Source: Nitrospirota bacterium (GTDB taxonomy: Bacteria > Nitrospirota > UBA9217). From it: 64,000 bases of DNA. The stretch spans positions 64,001 to 128,000 of the forward strand of contig CAVVOB010000024.1 of the NCBI GenBank assembly GCA_963749655.1, read 5' to 3'. How positions within the stretch are numbered: position 1 is the stretch's first letter; every line of letters starts with the position of its first letter. A program made the position numbers and the translations under genes. Under the pieces are notes generated by a model that was not told the origin of the DNA, searched no databases, and saw only the letters and a program-made list of their open reading frames with translations. This document shows, in pieces, positions 31,331 to 42,028 of this stretch.

Positions 31331-32005
31331 CTACCGAATGCGCTGTCCATAAACATAGTCCGCAAAACCGAAGAAATCCCACAATGCGCCGGCTAAAGCC
31401 CACCCCCGCAGCCAGGCATTCAGTACGGTAACGGGAGTCATGGCGATTCCCAACAGATTTTTCCTTCTCCCCCCCCTGATTATCCTACAGTTGTTTTGCA
31501 GCAGGGCATTTGCGACCTCTTTAAGATCATACACTCTTTTATGAGTGGCATCATCGCAAAAGTTCAAGGTACCGCCCATCGACGGGAGAGATAAGGATTT
31601 GATTGACGGAAACTCGATGTAAATGCGGCCGCCTTTTTTTAATTTTCTGCTTAGTTGTTCAACGACCTCCAGTCCGTTATCCAAGTGTTCTATCACATGA
31701 CAAAATAAAATTACGTCGAAAAAATCATTCGGAATATCCGTTAATGGGTCTTTTTCTAAATTTTTTCTATAAAAAGATTTCATGATCTGCAAATCCTGTT
31801 CGTCATTATTGTAAACATCCTTATCAACGCCGTAATATTCAACATCCGGGAAAAAATACTTTGCCCTCGATGGTGAGTGATTTCCGCATCCTACATCCAA
31901 CAGTGTAAATTTTCTCTTTTTATAGTCTTTATAAAAGATCTTTATTTTGGGTGAAAGATTGGCCTTAACGGACCTTATTACGGTAGGTATCATATGTTCT
32001 TCCAC
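31331..32005 (-). CDS. Class I SAM-dependent methyltransferase
   Basis: LLDVGCGN, FDVILFCHVIEHL, IYIEFP; visibly AT-rich. Confidence 0.88.
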   Translation of the reverse strand: MEEHMIPTVIRSVKANLSPKIKIFYKDYKKRKFTLLDVGCGNHSPSRAKYFFPDVEYYGVDKDVYNNDEQDLQIMKSFYRKNLEKDPLTDIPNDFFDVILFCHVIEHLDNGLEVVEQLSRKLKKGGRIYIEFPSIKSLSLPSMGGTLNFCDDATHKRVYDLKEVANALLQNNCRIIRGGRRKNLLGIAMTPVTVLNAWLRGWALAGALWDFFGFADYVYGQRIR

Positions 32006-32017
32006 GTTTAAATTATT

Positions 32018-33187
32018 TTATCTCTTGACGAACGATTTGCTCAAGTTGATGACAAGGTTATCCCAGCGGTACTCCACAGCCACTGCTTGGACCTGGTCGC
32101 GGCACCGCATTCTCAATGATCGGTCATCTGCCATTCTTAATATAGCTTGCGCTGCATCATCAACATCCCCGGGAAAGACGGTAATGCCCAGCCCCCGGTT
32201 CTCGATGATGTCAGCCCAGCAATCCCCTTTTGAAGCTATAACAGGCAGACCTGCCCAGAGGTAATCGAGAATACGCGTACGAAAAGCGAATCTTGTCTCA
32301 AGGGAATCACGGTGCAGGCTGACGCCGGCGTCCGCCTCCAGAAGATAATTTGCCCGGTCCTCGTACGATGTCCAGCCGCTGTTAATAAAAACCGTCGAGT
32401 CCAGTAAATCGAGCCGCCGCGCTTCAGCCATAAACTCGTCGATGATCGCCATTTTCCCCGAATTGGGATTCGGCGGTTTGAGCCCGGGGAAATACGCCTT
32501 AATGTCGTCCCGATATGATTTGATCTTCGAAAGTGCACGGAGAAGCGTGAGGGGGTCGAACCAGTCCCAGATTCCGCCGCCCCACACGAGAAGAAAATCC
32601 TCATTTCTGATCTTTACCCCCCGCAGCACGCGCTCTTTCGCTACAGGCGTTTCATGCGGCAATCCGAACGGCAGGACCGAGACGGCATCAAGCTTTTTGT
32701 CCTTTCGTCGTATCGTCAGTTGGCCGATCAAAAAATCCTTTTGTTTTTCGTTGGCAACCAGGAAACCATCGCCAAGGGTGAGGATCATCCTCTGGCGGAG
32801 CCCCCAGAAAAACAGCAGGAGGCTCTTCCGGATATGCTCAGCGTATGTCCTTACCCTCTTCTCCAAAAACTCGAAGATAACGGGGTCATACTGGTCGAAC
32901 AGCACTTTCTTTCGAAACAAGACTGCGAGGAGCATCGGGACAGGACGGCCGGTCTGGATGATCCAATCGGAACGGCGAACCCATACAAAAAGATTCCAGA
33001 AAGTCATTTTTCCAACGAAAACGAGCTGGCTGCCGCGGACAGGTTCGCCTTCGATGCGGCGCGCAAGAAGAGCTATGTCGGCCCCTCTGCCCGCAAGCGC
33101 GCGTCCCAGCTCCCATGCTCGTATACCGGGACCGGCCATGGTGCTTCCGATGTGGTCATTGCAGATAATGAGTATTGTCTTTGGCAT
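32018..33187 (-). CDS. Glycosyltransferase family 4-like
   Basis: MAGPGIRAWE, WGGGIWDWFDP, ETRFAFRTRILDYLWAGLPVI; alternative GTG start at 33262. Confidence 0.85.
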   Translation of the reverse strand: MPKTILIICNDHIGSTMAGPGIRAWELGRALAGRGADIALLARRIEGEPVRGSQLVFVGKMTFWNLFVWVRRSDWIIQTGRPVPMLLAVLFRKKVLFDQYDPVIFEFLEKRVRTYAEHIRKSLLLFFWGLRQRMILTLGDGFLVANEKQKDFLIGQLTIRRKDKKLDAVSVLPFGLPHETPVAKERVLRGVKIRNEDFLLVWGGGIWDWFDPLTLLRALSKIKSYRDDIKAYFPGLKPPNPNSGKMAIIDEFMAEARRLDLLDSTVFINSGWTSYEDRANYLLEADAGVSLHRDSLETRFAFRTRILDYLWAGLPVIASKGDCWADIIENRGLGITVFPGDVDDAAQAILRMADDRSLRMRCRDQVQAVAVEYRWDNLVINLSKSFVKR

Positions 33188-33475
33188 GTCCTTCACAGCG
33201 TCATTCCACCGCAAACTGCTTCTGAAATAACGATAAATACGTGCCTTCCCGGGCGTTTCCACAATTACGCTTTAGGACTGTTCCGGGTAATTCCCGATCC
33301 TGTCATCAAGTGCCGCCGTCGGTCCTCCTTCGGTCAAAAGGCTTGCCTTTGTCCGGGATGAAAAAAGAGCACCTCCGCGCATTCAATGTGATTGTCTCAT
33401 GAGGGATTTAAGGGAATCCGTGCAAAAGAAATGAAGTTCGAGGAGGAGCCGGAACCCATGCCCCATACCTTCACC

Positions 33476-34666
33476 TCATGCGGCAGGAGCGGCGGACTTG
33501 AGCGTCCTTCTCTTTTCGATCCAGTCGAAGACGCCTTCAAAAGCCGCAATGAAAGCGATGAAGAACCCTATCGACGGCAGGTACAGGCGATGTTCGAAGA
33601 TAATATCAAGGATCGGCACAAAGCTCTGGGTCGGCGACAAGGTGATATAGAACCACGCGGCGCCGAACGGGATAAGCGTCCAGCCCTTCTTCCGGTAGAC
33701 GTGGACACAGGCAGCCACGACCAGCAAATGGCCGATAAAGGAAAGTATCGTCGGGAACTCAAACAGCGTCCGTGACCACCGGTATGAATAGTCGAGGTTC
33801 TGATTGATTGGAAGGATCAAAAGCCTCATATAGGTCCACAGAACATTGAGAGACGTCAGCAGGTAAGACCAGGGTGTAATATTGTTCTGGCCCACGACGC
33901 TGAATCCCGCTCCGGACATTTGCGTCGTTGACATGTTGTAGGCAAGCCAGCTCCACGACAACATGACGAGAACGTGCGCTTTCCAGCGGGAAAGAACCGG
34001 CTGCAGTTTGCTCTCGGAAAGGAACAGAAAATCATAGAGCAAGAGCATGGCCGGCAGGGTCACGGCCCATTCCTTGGAACCCATGGCGAGCAGCGCAGTA
34101 AAGAAGGCCCCGATGTAGTACGAAAATTTTCTGCGACGTAGCGCCCTTGATAAAGAACAGGAACGTGGCTATGTAGAAAAAACGCCGCTATGAGCTCCGT
34201 TCTGCTTATGATGTACGTCACCGACTCCGTTTGAACCGGATGCAACCCGAACAGGAGCGCGCCGAACAGGGCCATGCGTCTCGCCCGGCAAGCGAAGCCG
34301 GCGCTGAGTGCCGGCAGGGTCAGGGTCCAGAGAATAAAAAGGTACACAAAATACTGTTGGCGATATGAAGACCGATGTTAAAAATGTGCCATCCAACGAC
34401 GTTGAGGCCGCTCAACTGATAGTTGAACAGAAGCGACAGATTCACGATCGGCCTGGTGCCCCGAAAACTGCGCCCAAAAAACTGTCCCACGTCAGACGCC
34501 TAATCCCTGTATTCTCGACAATCGCCGGGTTGTCGTCAAAATGGAAACTTGCCGTAAACGTATTCGAATAGGCAATAAGGATCATTATTGCTATCACGAA
34601 AAACGCAGCCAGATTAAATCTCCTGGATGCAAACAATCTGTTCATTTTGTCCTGCAAAACCGACAT
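33476..34666 (-). CDS. GT-C fold, TMTC-like membrane glycosyltransferase without TPR tail (frame breaks)
   Basis: Pieces 34442..34666 (FHFDDNPAIVEN), 34060..34347 (LHPVQTESVTYIISRTEL) and 33476..34084 (SKE, NLDY, EHRLYLPSIG). Confidence 0.75.
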
Positions 34667-35142
34667 GGCATGCTCCTGACCGCCCGGCAACGGGAGAAAT
34701 CTTTGCGAAATGTAACATGTCTTAAAGGCAATGTAAAGAATATTTTCATTATCCAAGCTCTTATCCCTGTTCCTGCGCAGACCTTCTTCTCTGCTCTTCC
34801 AGAGGCCAAGTCCCGCATCTCCTGCCGCAGCAGAGCTAGTTCCTGGGCCAGTTTTTTATTCTTTTCCGACAACCCGGAAATGACGACCGAAAAATGCAGG
34901 GTGATCAACAGGAGGAAGAAAAATGCCAGCAAAAACAGGAAGGACGGCGGATAAAAGATGCCGATAAGACGGGAGCTGTACTCCAGAAGCTCACGGGACA
35001 GGGAAAAGACCAGCAAGACTCCTCCTGCCAGCAGCCAGAGGAGCGAATACCGCTCTTTCAATTTTCCCCTCCTGATCAGCTCTACGACGACAAGCAGGAT
35101 GCTCCCGCTTCCGGCAACGGCGAGAATTTTCAGAAGGTCCAT
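34642..35142 (-). CDS. DUF2304 family membrane protein
   Basis: LIRRGKLKERYSLLWL...GIFYPPS...LAQELALL; the true stop is probably earlier than the ORF end. Confidence 0.85.
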   Translation of the reverse strand: MDLLKILAVAGSGSILLVVVELIRRGKLKERYSLLWLLAGGVLLVFSLSRELLEYSSRLIGIFYPPSFLFLLAFFFLLLITLHFSVVISGLSEKNKKLAQELALLRQEMRDLASGRAEKKVCAGTGIRAWIMKIFFTLPLRHVTFRKDFSRCRAVRSMPCRFCRTK

Positions 35143-35144
35143 GG

Positions 35145-35841
35145 TTACCTCACTTTTTTCAGCAAATCGATGAAAATGGCCATAAGCACTTTGGTCATAT
35201 AATATACCGACCGCACCGGCGTGATGGACGATTTGCCGCCTGTGCGGTCGCGCATGACCACGCCTATTTCCGCGATCCGCAGGTTCACCTTGTGCAACAG
35301 GACCAGGGATTCCACTTCGGGATAATCATCAGGATAGAGGTGGCTGAAGAATTCTATCACCCTGCGGTTTGCAGCCCGAAACCCCGAGGTGCTGTCCGTC
35401 ACCGCCCTGCCGAGGATCTTCGATAGAACGAAGGAAAAAATGAATATCCCTATCCTTCGGAAGACCGGTGCATGGTACAGCTCCGGGCGCAAGGAATCGT
35501 GAACCGATTACGATATCGGATCTGTCCTGCTCTAGCGGCTCGAGCAGTCTCCCTATCTCCCGGGCAAGATGCTGTCCGTCTCCGTCGAACTGCACTGCGA
35601 TGTCGTACCCGTTCCGGTCCGCATACAGATACCCCGCCTGGACCGCGGCGCCTATGCCGAGGTTGAAGGGCAGATCCAGGACCGTCACCCCCAGATCACG
35701 ACCCACCCGCGACGTCGCATCGTGCGACCCGTCATTGACGACAATGACGTCGGCCGCAGGGACGTTATCCCGGAGATCGCGTATCACTCCGGCCAGACTT
35801 TCCTCTTCATTGTAAGCAGGCACGATGATCAGGATTTTCAT
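35145..35841 (-). CDS. GT2, polyprenol-phosphate glycosyltransferase (DPM1-like; frame break near 35480)
   Basis: IVPAYNEE, NDGSHD, NLGIGAAVQAG, QFDGDGQH, GSRF; then DSTSGFRA, DYPEVE, RTGGKSS. Confidence 0.88.
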
Positions 35842-35847
35842 GATTAT

Positions 35848-36874
35848 TTACTCTTTCAGGGCGATCTCGCGGACCGAAATGCGGTAGACGCACAACAGCC
35901 GGTAAATCTGCCTCCTGGTGACCCGTCTGCGTGAACCGAAAGCCCTTCGCTGCCGGATAATTGAGGGAAGGGCGGCGAGCGCCGCTCCCCACGCCTTCAG
36001 CAGAATGCCGAAGGCACGAAAAACAGAATACTGTTCGGAAAATCTTCCCGTCGCCCCCCTGCCCGACAGGGCGCCGTAGAGATGGAACACAAGCCGGGTC
36101 AAGGTTGCACAAGGGGCTCAACAGGATCATTTCGATCGGGAAATATTTAAGCAGAACCCAGATCCGATTTCGCTCAACCAGAAAAGCTTTTAACGGAGAA
36201 TACGCCGACGATGAAGATGAGTATTTGTGGTAAACGCGCGCCGAGGGCACATACCGGCAGCCCCATCCGGCCAGTCTGCCCCGCAGCCCGAGATCGACAT
36301 CATCGGCATAGGCAAAAAAATCTTCATCGAAGAGGCCGATTTCTTCGAGCATGCTGCGGCGGTACAGCCCCGCGCAACCGCTGGGAAAGAACGCCTCGGC
36401 CGGAGCATCGTATTGCCCGTTATCGCGTTCCAGCCTTCCCTTGCCCCGTGCCAGACCATCGGGATACATGAGCAGACCCACATTGTCGATGACATCGGGT
36501 TGATCATAGGATAATATTTTGCACGCCCACATACCGACTGACGGCGGGCATGCTTCAGCTGTCGAAAGCAGGTTCGCGAGCCAGGCAGGATCAGTCCTGG
36601 TGTCGTTATTCAGAAAGGCGATATACTTCCCCGATGCGTGGACCATGCCTGCGTTATTGCCGCCGGCAAACCCCCTGTTTTGCGGCAAACGGACAACCGT
36701 CACCTCCGGATAGCGGTCCTGGACGTAATCTGCCGATCCATCCTGCGACCCGTTGTCCACGAGAATAACCTCTTTGTCGCTGGCCGCCTGCGCTCGCAGT
36801 GAATCAAGGCATTCGGGAAGGAGCTGCTTGCCGTTCCAGTTGACAATAATAATGGATACGAGCGGACGCATCAA
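35848..36874 (-). CDS. Glycosyltransferase family 2 (frame break near 36110)
   Basis: IVNWNG, VDNGSQD, NRGFAGGNN, FLNNDT, FDEDFFAYADDVDLGLR; C-terminus in ORF 35848..36102. Confidence 0.9.
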
Positions 36875-36976
36875 TAAGGAACTCCTCTAATTCTTATAGA
36901 TTCCCGCAGGCCTCGCGTGACCTGGGTTGCTGCTTCCGGAACCCTGCCGTGCGTGCCCTGGATCTGCCTGGCAATT

Positions 36977-37435
36977 TCAGGACCCCTCAACCCGTCCAGT
37001 ATTCCTTCGATGCCGCACCACAAGCCGGTAAAACAGAAGATAGGACAAGAACGCGGCAATCGCACCGACCACGAGCGTTCCCGCTATGTAGGGCCATAAG
37101 AAGGGCTTGAGGGTCGCATAGGCGTTGGTCAGCGAAAGCTCGCTCCAAGCGATCCGCGGCACGGAGATCGCAGCTCCCGTTATTTTGATGCCGAACCAGA
37201 TGCAAAACCCGTACAGGGGAACGATGGTCCAGGGATTATTGATGAAGGACGCAGTAAGCACGACCAGTTTGCTCAGCCGGAAGACCCAGGCCGCCAAAAG
37301 GCACGTAATGACATGCAGCCCGATGGTGGGTGAAAAGGCAATAAACACACCGACGGCAAAGGCAAGCGCCAGTTTATGCGGCGGATCATCCAGTTTCAAC
37401 AAAGAATGAATACGGTCTCGAATATACTTGTTCAT
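36977..37435 (-). CDS. DUF2062 domain membrane protein
   Basis: PHKLALAFAVGVFIAFSPTIGLH...NNPWT. Confidence 0.87.
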   Translation of the reverse strand: MNKYIRDRIHSLLKLDDPPHKLALAFAVGVFIAFSPTIGLHVITCLLAAWVFRLSKLVVLTASFINNPWTIVPLYGFCIWFGIKITGAAISVPRIAWSELSLTNAYATLKPFLWPYIAGTLVVGAIAAFLSYLLFYRLVVRHRRNTGRVEGS

Positions 37436-37469
37436 ACCAGCCAGAGAGGCAGCACAGGACAGACGAAAA

Positions 37470-38513
37470 TCAGGATCTCGCAAAATGATCGAAGCCCGAC
37501 GGCACCAGAGGCGACTTTTCGCCTCCTCCGCCCACCAGGAACACCCTTCGGCCTGCCGTAATCTCCCCGATTTCGGTAACCGGGAACCCCAGACGTTTCA
37601 GTTTTCCGACCTTACCCGGAGGCGATGCAAACAGAAGTTCATAGTCCTCACCTCCGGACAGGGCATACTGGAGCGGTGATTTCCCCAGGCGCGCGGACAT
37701 TCTCCTGATCGAAGAGGATAAGGGTATGGTGCCGGCATTAATCCGGGCGCCTACGCCGCTTTGCGTGCAAATATGCGACAGGTCGGACGACAGCCCGTCG
37801 CTGATATCGATCATCGCGCTTGCGCATCCTGCCTGGGCGATTTTTCTTCCCCACTCGACCCGGGGGACAGGACGAAGATGTCGTTTGACAAGAGCAGCAA
37901 CTGCGGATTGCGGATTGCGGATTGCGGATTTAAAATCCTTGTTCCCGGTCCCTTGCCCCCGGCCCCCGGCCCCCGCTTTCAAAAGTTCCAATCCTGCAGC
38001 GGAGTCTCCGAGCGTTCCCGTCACGAAGATCCGATCTCCCGCTCGCGCGCCTGCCCGGGAAACGAGCCGTGATCGCTTGCACTCACCAAGAAGCGTAATG
38101 CTGATGACCAGGGCCTGCCGGGAAGAGCACGTGTCACCACCCACGAGAGCTGCGCGGTGTTTCCTGAGAAGCGCGTTGCACCCCCGGTAGAATTCGGTGA
38201 TCTGCTCCACGGAAAGGTCGGTCGGGATGCCGAGAGAAACAAGGCAGAAACGGGGTATCCCCCCCATCGCAGCGATGTCGCTCAAATTGACCGCCGCGGA
38301 CTTCCACCCCAGCGAATAGTAATCGGTGAAGGCGAGGTCGAAATGCACATCTTCGAGCAGCATGTCCGACGTGGAAAGAACTGCAGCGGACGGGGAGAAT
38401 GTCACCGCGGCGGCATCATCTCCGATGCCGATCAGCACTGAAGACGAGGCTCGGGCGGCCGACTTCCGGATCTTTTCGATCAGGCCGAACTCTCCCAGGT
38501 CTGATATTCTCAT
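37470..38513 (-). CDS. thiL: Thiamine-monophosphate kinase
   Basis: GEFGLI, GIGDDAA, VNLSDIAAMG, GGDT, IDISDGL, GGEDYEL. Confidence 0.96.
   Translation of the reverse strand: MRISDLGEFGLIEKIRKSAARASSSVLIGIGDDAAAVTFSPSAAVLSTSDMLLEDVHFDLAFTDYYSLGWKSAAVNLSDIAAMGGIPRFCLVSLGIPTDLSVEQITEFYRGCNALLRKHRAALVGGDTCSSRQALVISITLLGECKRSRLVSRAGARAGDRIFVTGTLGDSAAGLELLKAGAGGRGQGTGNKDFKSAIRNPQSAVAALVKRHLRPVPRVEWGRKIAQAGCASAMIDISDGLSSDLSHICTQSGVGARINAGTIPLSSSIRRMSARLGKSPLQYALSGGEDYELLFASPPGKVGKLKRLGFPVTEIGEITAGRRVFLVGGGGEKSPLVPSGFDHFARS
37902..37976. repeat. Heptamer tandem repeats inside thiL
   Basis: (TGCGGAT)x4 at 37902-37929 and CCCCGGC-type heptamers at about 37941-37976, all translated in frame. Confidence 0.85.
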
Positions 38514-38591
38514 TTTTGATTATTGCCACGGACAGACGGAGCCGCAGGGCATGCCGTCCGGACCCGCCCTGCACTCCGTACTCTGAACTTC

Positions 38592-41003
38592 TCAGTGCGT
38601 GGCTCGCGATCTGCCGGGCATCCTTTTATGCGCTATGCGACGGGGCAATTTTTTCTGCAATGCATTTGCAATGACCTCGTCCATCGTTTCGACAAAAACA
38701 AAGGTTATGTCCTTCCTGATGTTTTTCGGTATGTCGTCGAGGTCCTTTTCATTCTGTTTCGGGACGACCACGGTCCTGATGCCCGCGCGGCGCGCCGCGA
38801 GCGTCTTTTCCTTCAATCCGCCGATGGGCAGCACCCTGCCCCGGAGCGTGACCTCCCCGGTCATGGCAAGGTCCTTCCTCACCGGAGCGTTCGTGAAGAC
38901 CGAGGCCAGGGCAGTCGCCATCGTGACCCCCGCCGAGGGGCCGTCCTTCGGAATTGCGCCCGCAGGAACATGGATATGCACGTCGGTTTTACCGAAGGTC
39001 TCGGGTTTGATGCCGAGTTTTTGCGCGCGGGAACGGACATAGGTCAGCGCTGCATGGGCCGATTCCTTCATCACGTCGCCCAGATGACCGGTGAGCGTCA
39101 GCGTGCCCTTGCCCCGCATCGTCGTCGCCTCGATGTACAGGATGTCGCCTCCCGTTTCCGTCCATGCAAGGCCGGTCACGACGCCGACTTCGTCCTTCTC
39201 CCGCTCTACATCCGGCAGGTACTTGGGGCTCCCAAGGTAGGTATGCAGATTGGACGAGGTAATGGTAAACAGTCCTGTTTCGCCCTCTGCGATCTTTCTC
39301 GCCACCTTTCGGCAGAGATGGGCGATCTCGCGCTCGAGGTTTCTCACGCCCGCTTCACGGGTGTATTGAGCAATGACCTGAAGGACCGTCTTGTCGGGGA
39401 TGCCGATGTTCTTCTCCGTGATCCCGTGTTCCGTGAGCTGCCGCGGGATGAGGTAACTCTTGGCAATGCCCAGTTTTTCCTGCTCCGTGTAACCGGACAG
39501 GTGGATGATCTCCATTCGGTCGCGAAGAGGCCCCGGAATGGGATCGGTCTGGTTCGCTGTCGTGATGAACATGACATGGGACAGGTCGAACGGCAGGCCG
39601 ATATAGTGGTCGCTGAAGGAATTGTTCTGTTCCGGATCGAGCACCTCGAGCAGCGCCGCAGACGGGTCCCCCCGGAAATCGGCGCCGATCTTGTCGATTT
39701 CATCAAGCATGAACACGGGGTTATAGGAGCCGGCCGTCTTGATGCCCTGGATGATCCGGCCCGGCAGCGCTCCGACATAGGTTCTGCGGTGACCGCGTAT
39801 CTCCGCCTCGTCACGGACTCCACCGAGCGATATGCGCACGAACTCGCGGCCCAGGGACCGGGCGATGGATTTGCCAAGCGAAGTTTTGCCCACTCCGGGA
39901 GGCCCGACGAAACAGAGGATCGGCCCCTTCATTTTATCCTTGAGCTTCCGGACGGCAAGGTATTCGAGGATCCTCTCCTTCACCTTTTCAAGGTCATAGT
40001 GATCTTCCTCGAGGATCTTCTGCGCTGCCTTCAGATCGAGATTGTCTTTCGTCGCCTTGCTCCACGGCAGCTCGGCGAGCCATTCAATATAGGTTCTGGT
40101 CATGGACGCTTCCGCAGCGTCGGGGTGCATCCGTTCCAAGCGCCGGAGCTGCTTTTCCGCTTCCTTTGCGCCTTTTTCAGGGAGTTTGGCTTCCTTGATC
40201 TTCTCGCGGAGCTCCCGCATGTCCTCGGAGCGGTCGTCGGTATCGCCCAGTTCGCGCTGTATCGCTTTGAGCTGTTCCCGCAGAAAATATTCCCTCTGCG
40301 TCTTGTCGATCTCGCCGCGGACATCGGCCTGGATCTTCTGCTGCATGGACAAAAGCTCAATTTCCTTGCCGAGCGCCTCGTTGATCCGCTTGATGCGCTG
40401 GACCGGATCAGTGATCTCGAGGATTTCCTGGGCCTGCTCCACCTTGAGCCCCATGTTGGCCACTGCCAGGTCGGCCAATTTACCCGGGTCGTCCACGTTC
40501 TCGATGACGACCATGATGTCGGGCAGGATCACCTTGCCGAAGGACACAAGCTTCTCGATCTGCTCCTTCACATTTCGCATCAGCGCTTCGGTTTCAAGGT
40601 TGATGGGCGATGCCGTGTCGGGAAAAGCCTTGATCTCGACCTGGTAAAAAGGCTCCTTCTGCAGAAACTTGACGGTCTTGGCCCTGGCCACTCCCTGGAC
40701 GAGAATCTTGATGCGGCCGTCCGGCAGCTTCAGCATGCGCATGATCACGCCGACGGTCCCCACGGAATAGAGGTCCGACGGAGACGGGTTCTCGACATTG
40801 ATGTCCTTCTGGGAGGTAAGGAAAATCATGCGATTCCCCTCGAGCGCCACCTCGATGGCCTTGATGGACATCTCCCTCCCGACGAAGAGAGGGAGCACCA
40901 TATAAGGAAACACGACGATGTCCCTGATCGGGAGCAAGGGAATTTTCTTGGGGATCTCAATCGACTGCTGGAGATCTACTGTTTTTGTTTCTGTCTTAGC
41001 CAA
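38592..41003 (-). CDS. lon: ATP-dependent protease La
   Basis: [37 protein letters not shown]. Confidence 0.98.
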   Translation of the reverse strand: MAKTETKTVDLQQSIEIPKKIPLLPIRDIVVFPYMVLPLFVGREMSIKAIEVALEGNRMIFLTSQKDINVENPSPSDLYSVGTVGVIMRMLKLPDGRIKILVQGVARAKTVKFLQKEPFYQVEIKAFPDTASPINLETEALMRNVKEQIEKLVSFGKVILPDIMVVIENVDDPGKLADLAVANMGLKVEQAQEILEITDPVQRIKRINEALGKEIELLSMQQKIQADVRGEIDKTQREYFLREQLKAIQRELGDTDDRSEDMRELREKIKEAKLPEKGAKEAEKQLRRLERMHPDAAEASMTRTYIEWLAELPWSKATKDNLDLKAAQKILEEDHYDLEKVKERILEYLAVRKLKDKMKGPILCFVGPPGVGKTSLGKSIARSLGREFVRISLGGVRDEAEIRGHRRTYVGALPGRIIQGIKTAGSYNPVFMLDEIDKIGADFRGDPSAALLEVLDPEQNNSFSDHYIGLPFDLSHVMFITTANQTDPIPGPLRDRMEIIHLSGYTEQEKLGIAKSYLIPRQLTEHGITEKNIGIPDKTVLQVIAQYTREAGVRNLEREIAHLCRKVARKIAEGETGLFTITSSNLHTYLGSPKYLPDVEREKDEVGVVTGLAWTETGGDILYIEATTMRGKGTLTLTGHLGDVMKESAHAALTYVRSRAQKLGIKPETFGKTDVHIHVPAGAIPKDGPSAGVTMATALASVFTNAPVRKDLAMTGEVTLRGRVLPIGGLKEKTLAARRAGIRTVVVPKQNEKDLDDIPKNIRKDITFVFVETMDEVIANALQKKLPRRIAHKRMPGRSRATH

Positions 41004-41062
41004 AACGGCCTCCTCATCTCAGATGCGCATCTCCCGACGGATGCTCCTGCAATCAATCCGTC

Positions 41063-41932
41063 TTATAGATTGAGTTTTTTCAAATAACTCCTGAAGGCAT
41101 CTCCAAATTCCTCATTTTTCAACCCGAACTCCACCGTCGCTTTCAGGAACCCCAGCTTGTCTCCGGCATCGTGGCGCACGCCCTCGAACTCATAGGCATA
41201 GATCGGCTGCTTCTGCATGAGCAGGCGCAAACCGTCGGTCAGCTGGATCTCTCCCCCCTTCCCCGGCTTGGTGCATTCAAGACAGTTGAAGATTTCAGGA
41301 GTGAGAATATAACGACCGATGATCGCAAGATTCGACGGCGCCTCGTCGGGAGAGGGTTTCTCTACAAGGTCTTTTACGAGATAGACGCCGTCCTCGATCC
41401 TTTTGGCATCGATGATGCCGTAATTCCTGGTCTGGGACTTGGGTACTTTCTGGATGGCCAGGATCGTGGCGGGATACCGCATATAGACGTCCATCATCTG
41501 CTTGAGCGCCGGTACTTTTGAATCGATGATATCGTCGCCAAGCAGCACAGCAAAAGGATCTTCTCCCACGATGCGCTTTGCCATCAGGACGGCATGGCCG
41601 AGACCGAGCGCCTTCTTCTGCCGGATATAGCAGAACGTCACCAGATTGGCGATACGCTGAATGGTAGAAAGCAGTTCGTGCTTGCCCTTTGCCTTGAGGT
41701 CCTCCTCGAGTTCGAAGGCAACGTCGAAATGGTCTTCGATCGCCCGTTTTCCGCGGCCCGTAATAAGGACGATCTGCTCGATGCCTGAAGCAACGGCCTC
41801 CTCGACGACGTACTGGATCAGGGGCTTGTCCACGAGCGGCATCATCTCCTTGGGAGAGGCCTTGGTGGCCGGCAAAAACCGGGTGCCCAGCCCTGCTGCA
41901 GGAAAAACGGCCTTGGTAATCGCTTTGTTCAC
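41063..41932 (-). CDS. galU: UTP-glucose-1-phosphate uridylyltransferase
   Basis: KAVFPAAGLGTRFLPATKASPKEM, LVEKP, GEIQLTD. Confidence 0.97.
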   Translation of the reverse strand: MNKAITKAVFPAAGLGTRFLPATKASPKEMMPLVDKPLIQYVVEEAVASGIEQIVLITGRGKRAIEDHFDVAFELEEDLKAKGKHELLSTIQRIANLVTFCYIRQKKALGLGHAVLMAKRIVGEDPFAVLLGDDIIDSKVPALKQMMDVYMRYPATILAIQKVPKSQTRNYGIIDAKRIEDGVYLVKDLVEKPSPDEAPSNLAIIGRYILTPEIFNCLECTKPGKGGEIQLTDGLRLLMQKQPIYAYEFEGVRHDAGDKLGFLKATVEFGLKNEEFGDAFRSYLKKLNL

Positions 41933-41950
41933 GCTCCGCTCCTCGATTTC

Positions 41951-41979
41951 ATTCTATGAAACTGCCTTCAGATTGTCAA
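41951..41979 (-). promoter_or_regulatory. Sigma70 promoter for galU-lon
   Basis: TTGACA-17 nt-TAGAAT, followed by a GAGGAG RBS. Confidence 0.8.
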
Positions 41980-42028
41980 GGTAAGTAAACGCCATCAATC
42001 GAACAATCGGACGATCAAAACGATCACC

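Noticed and set aside
34642-34770. C-terminal extension of DUF2304 overlapping the next gene
   Set aside because: A TAA in a neighbouring frame near 34762 suggests an indel artefact in an error-prone region.
38523-41087. 854-aa plus-strand ORF
   Set aside because: Antisense shadow of lon caused by codon bias in GC-rich DNA; no recognisable motifs.
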